Origin: Eledone cirrhosa
Taxonomy: Eukaryota
NCBI GenBank assembly: GCA_964016885.1
Contig: OZ024756.1
Location: forward strand, 20,646,001-20,710,000
DNA: 64,000 nucleotides
Reading direction: 5' to 3'
In this document: positions 12,401 through 24,818 of the stretch, in pieces
Layout: each line of letters starts with the position of its first letter
Position numbering within the stretch: position 1 is the first letter of the stretch
Translations under genes and position numbers: made by a program
The notes under the pieces: model-generated
Told to the model about the DNA's origin: nothing
The model's database searches: none
Seen by the model: only the letters and a program-made list of their open reading frames with translations

Positions 12401-15400
12401 TTCGTAAAGGGACGTAACTATGCTGGAAAGCATGGCGTCTGACGCCCTCTACCAATACTGCCAATCCACCAACTGATAATAATAATTGTTTCTACATTTG
12501 GCACAAGGCCAGCAATTACCCAGTACATTACTGGTACTTTATTTTATCGACCCCTTAAGGATGAAGGGCAAAGTTAACCTCGGCAATAATAATGGTTTCT
12601 GATTTAGAAACAAGGCCAACAATTTTATGAGAGGGGAAAGTTGATTAAACTGACCCTAGTGCATTACTGGTATTATATTTTATCGACCTCATAATGATGA
12701 AAAGCAAAGCTAACCTTGGCAGGATTTGAACTCAGAATGTAAAGGGTCGTAACTCTATGCTGCAGAGCATATTGCCCAATCCTCTACCGATACTGCCAAT
12801 CTATTAGGTATGAAGCTATTATCCTTATTATTATATTTGTCAGGTAGACAGCAATATATCATCATCATCATTTAGTATCTGTTTCCCTTGCTAGCAAGAG
12901 TTGGAAGGATCTTTACAGACCGAATCAGTACTTATGTGAAGCTACAGACCTCTCAAATGGGCTGGGGTGGTGGTAGTGGGGGACTCATTTGCACTCTACC
13001 AAGCGTTAAGGTGGGGAAGGAGCCTACATCTCTTTCAAACGTTCCAACGCTCTACCCCTTTTTGGCGTGATTTCTACAGCAGGATGCCCTTCCTATTGCC
13101 AACTACCATACAGGGTTTCCTGGGTGCCACTAGCACTATGGAGGTTTCGGCCACAGGCTCAACATAGTAGTGAGGACTTTTCAGTTGTGTCAAAGACATC
13201 ATGACCACTCCTTAGTGCTTGTGCTATGATAAAATGCACCAAGTGCACTTTGCAGAGTGTAGGAATGTATGTGACTGAGATGTGACCCCCAGGCCCATCT
13301 GAGAGATCAGTGGCTACAATTAAGTACTGACTTGGTCTGTGATGACCCATCCAACCCTTGCAAGCAGAGAAATCAGATGATATTGATGATGGAACATAGA
13401 TTTTTTTTTTTAAATGTCATCTATAATCATAATTACCTGTTACAGTTACTTTCACCATTTGTTTGCTGCTCCTGGATCCCATTGGAAAGATTATATGATA
13501 TGTTGAGAGCATTAAGAGCAGATGCTTCACAGACAGCCGTATCTAGCCAGCCCTGTTAGAATAGATATATTTCTTTATTAGCCACAGGGGCACAAAAGAA
13601 GGGGACAAATACAAAGGGGGAAGTTTACATACAATAAAAACGTGTAAAATGTTATCACAGATGGAATTTAAAAGTTAGTCGATTTTCCCCAATAGAGGGA
13701 GACAGTTTATATGGGTAACACAGACCCCCGAAAAAAATGTGCAACCCTCATCTCCAGGAGTACGAAGAGCTTGTACTCCTTTCCTCTCCTCCTCCTTTTC
13801 CTCAACCTACAGGCTGATATAGAGAGAAGGCCCATTCACTCGGGCCATTCTCGCCACTTTCACCCACCTTTCATAAAACTTGCTGGGGTACAGCACCTCT
13901 CTCTCCATCCTGATTCTTCTTCCAAAGTGGTATTTGAAAAAAAGAATCAGTTGTTGGCCGGAGAGAAAGGTGTCTGACCTCAGCCCTTTCAACCTTGTCC
14001 ACCATACAACCTCTTTCGCCATAGCTATCACACAAAGGAAAACCGCCTCTCCTTCGTTTTTGAAGATAGACAGATAATCAGGTAAAATGAGACAAGTACT
14101 TAACTGAAAACCAACTGTTATGAGAAAAGAAAAAAATTAATAGTGCAAGGAAGCTGCAGTAGAAGAAAGACCAAGGAAAACCTGGGGTGGTAAGAGCTGA
14201 CCTGAAATTGCTGAAGCTCACAAAGGAAATGAGGAAGGAATGCAACAAGTGGAGAGATGCTGTTCTGGAAAAGACCTGTCCAACCCATGCAAGTGTGGAA
14301 AAGACCCGTCCAACCCATGTAAGAGTAGAAAAGACCCATCTAACCCATGTAAGTGTAGAAAAGACCTGTACAACCCATGTAAGTGTAGAAAAGACTTGTA
14401 CAACCCATGTAAGTGTAGAAAAGACCCATTTAACACATGTAAGTGTAGAAAAGACTCATTTAACCCATGTAAGTGTAGAAAAGATCTGTCTAACCCATGT
14501 AAGTGTGGAAAAGTCCTATCTAACCTATGTAAGTGTGGAAAAATCCTATCTAATTCATGTAAGTGTGGAAAAGACCTGTCTAACCTATGTAAGTGTGGAA
14601 AAATTCTGTCTAACTCATGTAAGTGTGGAAAAGACCTGTCTAACTCATGTAAGTGTGGAAAAGATCCATCTAACCCACATAAGTGTAGAAAAGACCCATC
14701 CAACTCATGTAAGTGGAGAAGGATGGACTCTGCCAGACCTGAGTACAACAGATTTCTTCCACAGTAGGACAAAAAGTGAGATAAGGGAAGTGAGAAAAAG
14801 ATATAGAGGAAGAATCGACCCCAGTACTAGACTGGTACTTTTTTTATCATAACAGAACTATATTTTGTGAGCTAGGTGGTCCTGCTACAAGGGAGATCTG
14901 ATCAGTTGGCCATGCCATACTTTGCTCATAGCTGGACTGTATTTTGGCTGGGTTTTTACAGTTGCTGGATGCAATTCCTAACACCAACCACATTTACAAT
15001 ATTAGTAGAAATTCTGTATCGATAGAAAACTGAAGATGAATAAGAAAGATCTACTCACCTTACAAAGAGTACATTTAGATCTAACTTTATCACTTGCTTG
15101 TATATCTAATTTTTCACTTGTTCTGAAATAATATAAGAGTACACACACTTTAAATAGACTTGGTTAAATTAAGTCATTTTAATGCAATAATAATAATTAT
15201 ATATATATCATTTCATTTCATTCATTTCATTTTACGTCCGCTTTTTCCCTGCTTGCAAGGGTGGGGCGGGAACTGATTATGGCTTGATTTCTACAGCTGG
15301 ATGCCCTTCCTAACACCAACCTCATTTACAGTGAGTGCTGGGTGCTTTTTTGCTGTGGCACCTCCACGACCACTTTGCAGTGGAATGATATGGACTCCAG

Positions 15401-16658
15401 TCCCTATCATCTCATTTCTACAGCTGAGTAAACTGGAGCAATGTGAAATAAAATGTCTTGCTCAAGGAAACAACACATCACGCAGTCTGAGAATTGAACT
15501 CACAACCTTTCGATTGCAAGGCCAATGCTCTAACCACTAAGCCATGTGCCTCCATATATATATATATATGAAGGTGAAGGCACATTAGTAATATTAACTT
15601 TACAGTTGTACTTACCGAGTAATGTTACAAACTGTTGATGGATATTCAACAAGGAGTTCTGTGACAAACTTTTCTGTAAGTCGTTCAATACTTGCATTAG
15701 AGGAACCCTATATTAAAAGATTAAGAAGAGAATTTGAGAGTTTACATAGCACATCTATCTAGTACCAACACTAATGGAACTAAAATGATTTGTAAATGTA
15801 AAAAAAGAGCATCTTAATAAATTTATAATTAACTCATTAGCATTTACATTACTTTATATATATAAACTATTGTATTTTCGTGGTAAAGGCTTTATCTCAC
15901 ATAATATCGAATCTGAGATTTCGATATTATTTATTTTGAGAACAATACCTTAACATCAGTATGAGTGGCCAGTTATGGCTGGTTGAACAGAAAGAGGTGA
16001 GAGAATTCTGGCCAGATACAGCTGGTTTAAATGTTAAAGAGTTAAAAGTCATATTAAAGCTTTAGTTAAGCTATACTTAAAATAACAAACAGTGTTTTGT
16101 TGAACTGTTGTTTATTGTGTGTCAAACATTTACTAAAAATAAGAAGGTTGCAATCTACCCCTAAAGTCCAGATCTTGTTACCCACCACACTGGAAGTCCC
16201 TTCACTACCGACCAGTTAAATAACCAGTCCGCAGTAAAGGCCCTTCTGTCAACAGTTCGTCTTTACAAGTTCATGGCAATGCTCTACAATATACATTTTA
16301 AGTTTTAATTTCATGTGTAAAATATTCAAGACTCTATATTTATCTAAAAGCCTTCCATAATAATTTTATGTAGGAACCTTTGTTAAGTTATTTTCCAAAC
16401 ACCAGATAGATACTAAGAACATTTGTTTTATTACTAAATACCTCCAAATTTTTTATTATCTTCTAAAGTATTTGAAAATCATAGAAAGTGTTTCATTAGA
16501 AGTTTGGTAATGAAAAAGTTAAAAAGTTTCGTATAAGTCAAGAAAAGGGCAACATACCATCGTGGTCAAGGAATGGCATGCAACAGGTTTAATATTATTG
16601 GTGATGTTATACATGGCCACTTCTTTACTGGTTAAGTTTCTGGAAGAAATATATATTA

Positions 16659-16693
<35 letters not shown>

Positions 16694-17934
16694 ATGAGAC
16701 AGCTGGTTATTATAAGATGGTATGTATTATTCAAGAGAAAGAGATAAACAAGATGAAGAAGGAACCAATAATGAGGATGCTGATACCAATTCTAATGATG
16801 ATAACGACACTAATAATAATAATAACAATAATAGTATTAGAGAGTATTGAAGTTTGCTTGAAGCATTGTGGAATAATAAGTAAATATCTTTAAGTCGTTT
16901 GGAAGCCTCGACAATGCAAATGGGTAAATCTCCGGGTAACAAGATCCGGTGGTGGAGAGAGAGATGCGTGGTGTGTATAAGATGTGTAGAGGAATGAAGG
17001 AAAGAGTATAAAGGATAAAATAAAAATAACAACACGAGAGAGAGTTACCTTGGGAGAGATTTAATTCTCCCTATATATTTCGGATTCACATCCATCAACT
17101 AGGGGTTTTTTCCGGGTTGGGGAAAGGTTGTCTGTCGGAAAAGTGCGAAACGCGTCCTCTGCTGATTGTTGTTTTGAATAATAGTATTGATTTCTACTTT
17201 AGGCACAAGGCTAGCAATTTGTGGGGAGGAGAAAATCGATTAACTCAACCCCGTAAGGAGGAAAGACAAAGCTAACCGTGGCAGGATTTGAACTGTTAAG
17301 AGCCATAACTCTATGCTGTAAAGCTAGTTGTCCGATGCCCAGCCGATACTGAATAATAATAATACATAAAATAAAAATGTCGCCAGTACACCCTGTAAGG
17401 TGGTTTGTGACAGGAAAGATGTCCAGCTGTAAAAAATCCTGCCAAAAAAGGGTCAAGAGGACTCCATAGATGTATCAAGGACACAATAACCTTTTTAGTG
17501 TTGGTGACACAATAGAAGGCACTCAGCATATACAGTAGAGGCGTGTGGATGTATGTAAACAAGATGTGGGCCCCCAACCCATCTGAGAGGGTGTCATGAT
17601 ATAATGTACCTGGTGCGCTCAGTAGAGTGTGTGAGTGTATGTAAGCAAGATGTGAGCCCCCAACCCATCTGAGAGGGTGTCATGATATAATGTACCTGGT
17701 GCACTCAGTAGAGTGTGTGAGTGTATGTAAGCAAGATGTGAGCTCCCAACCCTGGGGGCAGCATTGTCCTAATGAGAATCATTAAGTTTGAAATACATAG
17801 ACAAGTATTCTCCGCTGCTTCTGCTGAAATCTGCTAGATGGCACTAGCTGTCAGCGTTCTATTCATAGCTGGGCTTTCAAAATGTTTATTTATTAAACAT
17901 ACTGTATATCTTTAGATATACGAAATTCACACAC

Positions 17935-17978
<44 letters not shown>

Positions 17979-19213
17979 GGAGAGTTGGTTGAGTGGTTAG
18001 TAGTAAGAAAGGTATTCAGGCAACCAACTAAAAGTCTTAATCCATGTAACCACAGCAACATGGATGTAAAATAGAACAATAATAACAAAAAAAACTTACT
18101 TCAATGGTCGAACTGTCATAATGTCATCACTTCTGTCATCAGAAAACCCCTGAAAAAAATTGGGGTGTAATTTATTTATTTATTGCATTTAAATAATAAA
18201 AAAACAATCAAGAAATTATTATTTGAATAATTATAAATCAAATTACGGAGTACTTGTACCCTCAGTCGCTTAATGTCCCCAAAACCAGGATAAGCCTGAT
18301 GAGCCTCCAGATTTGTGACAGACCTTAGACTTTAAAGACTAGTTTTAAAACATGAGAAATATAAAACAAGTAAACTCACCACATTGAGAGAAATATGAGC
18401 ACCTCTTCCTTGAGCTATGTCAGCTAACATCAGAATAGCAAGACGGTTTTCACCTGTACCAACCATAATCATTCTATTACCTGTCAGCCTTGCAATTCTC
18501 ACTAACAAGTCATTCCTGGATAGAGAAAAATGATAATGGTTTCTGATTTAACTTCACAGGATTTGAATTCAGAATATGAAAGGAGGTAACACTATGCTAC
18601 AAAGAATGTTGTCTGATGCTTCACTGATTACTACCAATCCACAGAAGAGAAAAATAATGGTTTTATGGTATCGACCCCATAAGGATGAAAAGTAAAGCTA
18701 ACCTTAGTGGGTTTTGAACTCATGTCCAATATTCCACAGTAGTGGAAGTCAGCTGCCCAGCAGTATGATATTAAAGATTAGCGAAAAGGAGAATATCTAT
18801 GCAGAACTAATGAGAAATCTGCAGTTACTCCACCCTGACTATACCTTCAGATTTATACCTGTGATTATTGGGGCACTGGGATATATTAGTAACTGCCTCA
18901 ATACAAATCTTGGTTAGGAAATTACAAGAACAATCCATTAATGGAACAGTAAAAATATGTAAAACATTCCAAAAATTCTGTATGTAATAACTGCATGTAA
19001 CATGTACAGATACAAAGCATATGCACATACACACATACAACTCAAAACATACACCTCCATACATACATTAACATCCATATCAGCACACACATGCACAGAT
19101 ATCTACCTAGTTGATGTTGATTTATGTTAGAAACCAAGTCTCTCTCTATTGGTAAAACTTTATAAAATTATAAAACCAGAAGAAAATACATGCAAACACA
19201 TGCACATACATAC

Positions 19214-19255
<42 letters not shown>

Positions 19256-22200
19256 ATATATACAATGTATCTGAGTTAACTAATTAAGAATTTAGAAGAA
19301 TTTACTAAAATAATTATTTAATTATTAAGATGATATTTGTAATATAATTTAACAAAAGGTTCTTATGTTGGAAGATCTTAATTTAAATAGGAACCCTTTA
19401 AAATGGGTTGTTTTGTTCTATAGAACCAGAGGTGGTTCTGGTGTGTTGGTATCAAAAGTGTAAATGGTGAAACACTGTTGAAACTGGAATTAGTAGAATG
19501 GTAGGAAAGAATACATACCGTAAATGTCTTATCAGCTGTTCTTTAAAAGTAGAACTTTTTGTGTTCTTTATAAGATTTACTAATTTCTCTTCTGACTCAG
19601 TATCTTGTAACAATTCTTTTTCACCATTTTTACAAAGTTTCAATGCAGTCATAGTACTTTCCGGTGAAGAGAAGAGCTAAAAAAATTTAAAAATTAAAAA
19701 AGGTGAAGAAAAAATATATTTCCTGGAGTAAGAAATGGGGTGTGATATCATCAATGTTTTTACATCAACTTTTCCATGCTGGCATGGATTGGATGGGACT
19801 TTTGAGGCAATGTTTTACAATCAGATGCCCTTTCTGATGTCAACCCTTTTAGCAATTTCTTAAGACATACAAAGAAGAGGGCATCAGTAGTACCATACCT
19901 GGCATAAAACCAAATTTGATTCTGTCCCTATTCAGTTGTGCAATAACCCACATTTGGGACAGACTAAACGATGAAATCTGAATATTTTGAAATGATAAAC
20001 AAACAATGAGAAATACCTGTTCTAATGATGTTATATAATATGGCATTCCCATCCTTTCACAGAAATCTTTAATTTGAAGAACAATCTCTTGACGTTGTGG
20101 CCAGCTTTGACCAAGGACTGCTCCCTCTGTAAATAAATGTAGGTCGATATATTTTAGTAACATTTCAGACAGAATTATTGCTATTCCTCCACCCTCTCTT
20201 TATAATCAAATATTGTTTCTAATTTAGGCACAAGGCCAACAATTTTGGGGGAGGGGAAAGTCGACTAAATCGACTCAGTGCATTACTGGTACTTTATTTT
20301 AAGGACGAAAGGCAAAGCTAACCTCGGTAGAATTTAAACTGATTGTAAAGGGATGTAACTCTATGTCATAAAGCATTTTTGTCTGACACTCCCCCAATAC
20401 TGCCGATTCTCCTCAAATATTGCAGAGTTGTTACAGCTCAGACAGGTGTTGCTATCCCCCCTTCTTTTTTTATAATCATTTTATAGCATTCATTCTTTCT
20501 CTATACTTTAGGTTCAAATACTGTTGAGGTCACCTTTGTTTCTCTTCCTTTTGGAGTACCACCAGTCAAGTACAGGGCAAATTCCTCTCACTCTTTCTTT
20601 GTTTGTCTATTTCTCTCTCTCTTTCTGGCTGTCTATCTCTTTCTTTATGACCACCAATCATTCTCTCTCTCTCTCTTTTTCTATGGCCGTCAATCTCTCT
20701 CTCTTTCTCTCTGGTTGTCAATCTTCATATTATTACTGAGATACACTATGGTTTTCAGATAATTTTGAAAATAATCATGAATTTAGATAGAATTAATAAT
20801 CTAACTTTTTCATTATTTAGCTGGTGTTTGCAACATAATTTAACAAATTGTGATGGAAGGTGTTTTAGATAAATATAAACACTTTAAAACAAACAGTTTT
20901 GTATCACAGAACCAGGGGTGGTTTCAGGGAGTTTGACATCTCAAAGAGTTAACATAACTGATCTTATCACATTCCATGTGATATACAAAGACAAGACTAG
21001 GTGACTAACTTACCATCAATATATACTATTTCTGGAATAAACCGAAGTTTCTTGAACTTGCTCAGCTCCAACCCCTAGAACAATATAAATAATGGTTAAA
21101 TGTGAGAGATTTGTGTAAGGAAATAATTCTGAAATTAACAGAAGAATGAAAGGAAACCTACTTTACTAGCAATTTAATTAGGAAAGATAATTATTTTTAT
21201 AAGATTTTTTTTATTTAACCCTTTAGCATTTATATTACTCTATTTTCATGGTAAAAGCTTTATCTCACATAATATGGAATCTGAGATTTTGATGATGATG
21301 TTATTTTGAGAACAATACTTTAATGTCAGTATGAGTCGCCGGTTATGGCCGGTTTGAACAGAAAGAGGTTAAGAAAATTCTGGCCGGATATTGCCGGTTT
21401 AAGTGCTAAAGGGTTAAAGAAAATATATTGAATAGCTATAGGATAAAAATATATTGGTTTCTTAACTCTTGAGATACTAACTAGAGTATGGTTGAAATCA
21501 TTAGAGAAACCATTTGTCTGCCAAGAACAACATTATTTCATTCATGCCAAACCAATCCAATCTGGGGCCTTCTCACTCCTGTTGAAGGAACCCCTCCCTG
21601 ATTAACCTCCACCAGTGTTTTGTTTGGTTTTGGTCATGTCTTCAGGGATGTAGTCATATTCACCACGCTTGGCCAATTGTGGGTTAGTGAGGCTATTTAA
21701 TCCATAGTTGGGGTGGATGGTCATTGGGAAGTTCATCCACCCTTTTAATAGCTCTTGTTTTTTGAGCTGCTGGGGTTCCACTTACCCTCCTCACTAGACC
21801 AGGGTCTGGTGAGGGAGCTGGTTTAGTAGCTGACCACTTGACCATGAAGCAGGTTGTACTGGGTTACATGGTACCAATAGCAGGTTGTACTGGGTTACAT
21901 GGTACCAGTAATAGGTTGTACTGGGTTACATGGTACCAGTAACAGGTTGTACTGGGTTACATGGTACCAGTAACAGGTTGTACTGGGTTACATGGTACCA
22001 GTACCATGTTGTACAGGGTTACATGGTACCATTAATAGGTTGTACTGGGTTACATGGTACCATTAATAGGTTGTACTGGGTTACATGGTACCAGTAACAG
22101 GTTGTACTGGGTTACATGGTACCAGTAGCATGTTGTACAGGGTTACATGGTACCATTAATAGGTTGTACAGGGTTACATGGTACCAGTAATAGGTTGTAC

Positions 22201-23757
22201 TGGGTTACATGGTACCAGTAATAGGTTGTACTGGGTTACATGGTACCAATAGCAGGTTGTACTGGGTTACATGGTACCAGTAATAGGTTGTACTGCGTTA
22301 CATGGTACCAGTAACAGGTTGTACAGGGTTACATGGTACCATTAATAGGTTGTACTGGGTTACATGGTACCAGTAGCATGTTGTACAGGGTTACATGGTA
22401 CCAGTAATAGGTTGTACTGGGTTACATGGTACCAGTAATAGGTTGTACTGGGTTACATGGTACCAGTAACAGGTTGTACAGGGTTACACGGTACCAGTAA
22501 TAGGTTGTACTGGGTTACATGGTACCAGTAATAGGTTGTACTGGGTTACATGGTACCAGTAATAGGTTGTACTGCGTTACATGGTACCAATAGCAGGCTG
22601 TACTGGGTTACATGGTACCAGTAGCATGTTGTACAGGGTTACATGGTACCAGTAATAGGTTGTACTGGGTTACATGGTACCAGTAATAGGTTGTACTGGG
22701 TTACATGGTACCTGTAACAGGTTATACTAGGTTACATGGTACCAGTAACAGGTTGTACTGGGTTACATGGTACCAGTAATAGGTTGTACTGGGTTACATG
22801 GTACCAGTAATAGGTTGTACTGCGTTACATGGTACCAGTAATAGGTTGTACTGGGTTACATGGTACCAGTAATAGGTTGTACTGGGTTACATGGTACCAG
22901 TAATAGGTTGTACTGCGTTACATGGTACCAGTAGCAGGTTGTACAGGGTTACATGGTACCAGTAATAGGTTGTACTGGGTTACATGGTACCAGTAATAGG
23001 TTGTACTGCGTTACATGGTACCAGTAACAGGTTGTACAGGGTTACATGGTACCAGTAATAGGTTGTACTGGGTTACATGGTACCAGTAACAGGTTGTACA
23101 GGGTTACATGGTACCAGTAATAGGTTGTACTGGGTTACATGGTACCAGTAATAGGTTGTACTGGGTTACATGGTACCAGTAACAGGTTGTACTGCGTTAC
23201 ATGGTACCAGTAATAGGTTGTACTGCGTTACATGGTACCAGTAATAGGTTGTACTGGGTTACATGGTACCAGTAACAGGTTGTACAGGGTTACATGGTTC
23301 CAGTAACAGGCAGAAGCCTGACTTCACCTATAATTTCATGCTAAGAACAATGTTAATCTAATATATTGAACCATTATCTAATTTATGTCAGCCTTTACCT
23401 GTACTGATGTGCTCAGGTAAGTTTGTCATGTAGCAGACTGCCAAAGTGAAAATAAAATTGAAAAAAAAAAATGCAAGTTATTTATAGGATATTAGGAAAA
23501 AATAATATTCATTGGTGGTTGTCTGTAGGAATTGTCTGTGGGTTTTTTTATATTGAGTTGGTGGGAAAAAATGGAAAAAAATCTTACGTCTTTTACAAAG
23601 CGGAGTAAAGCTGATGATGAAGGACCACCAGAATATGCAAGAAGGATGTTGTCTCTGTCTCTGATCAGTTTAGATTTACCAATGTTTGATCGAAACTTAT
23701 GAGTCACATGTGTAAGAAAACAGTCTCTGGAAAAAAGACAGAGATATATATATAGAT

Positions 23758-23798
<41 letters not shown>

Positions 23799-24768
23799 AT
23801 AGAGAGAGATAGAGAGGAGGCTAGGGTTAACTCTTTCATTACCAGTTTTAATGAAATACGTTTCCTATGTTTCAAATAATAGTTTAAATAATCAAGAATT
23901 TGAAAGGACTAAGTAATGTATAAATAACTTTCTCATAATCTATCTGTTGTTTAGAACACAACTTACCCCTTTAACATTACTCTATATATACTATTGTATT
24001 TATGTTAAAGGCTTTATCATACATAATTATCTCACATAGTATCGAATCTATGAGATTTTGATATTATTAATTTTGAGAACACTACCTTAACATCAGTATG
24101 AGTGGTCAGTTACAGCCGGTTCGAATAGAAAGAGGTGAGAGAATTATGGGATTTGAACTCAGAGCGTAAAGAGTGGGAACGAATACTGCAAAGCATTCTA
24201 TCTGATGTTCTAACGACTCTGCCAATTCGCCGCCTTATATAAAACAGATGAGTTAAAAACTATGACTTGATGGTTACCTGCAAAAAGGGTCGTTTTGGCG
24301 AATAACAAATTTAGCTTCATTTTCTTGACATTTTACACAAAGTCTTGTAGAACTGAAAGAGAAGATAATTTAATAAATAATTATGGAAGATACAGTTTCA
24401 ATAGACATCAGAATATTACTTGACAACCGTTATATTACATGTGGTAGTTGAATATATGGAAGTCTTGACGGAAAACCAACTGTTGTAACCTCCGTACATG
24501 TTATAAGACACACACATACAAGAAGATGAAGATAAAGAAGACATGGCTTGAATGCTTTATTAGTTACTATAATGCGCTAAATTGCCCCATTAGACAATGA
24601 AGTTTTGTTTATCACATATGATAGCCTCGTATAAGAAGTAACAAAGTATTTCAACAATATATTGAACTTGGTAGTGTCTTGTGTATATATGTCTGTGTGT
24701 GTCTGTAGTAGCCAACAATTACATCACATACCAGACGATAAAATTACAACAAACGAACACATGGTTTA

Positions 24769-24818
<50 letters not shown>

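Noticed and set aside
23492-23875. 127-aa ORF as a stand-alone gene
   Set aside because: Only 23588-23726 is coding (CTU2 exon 3); the rest is intron and (TA)n read-through.
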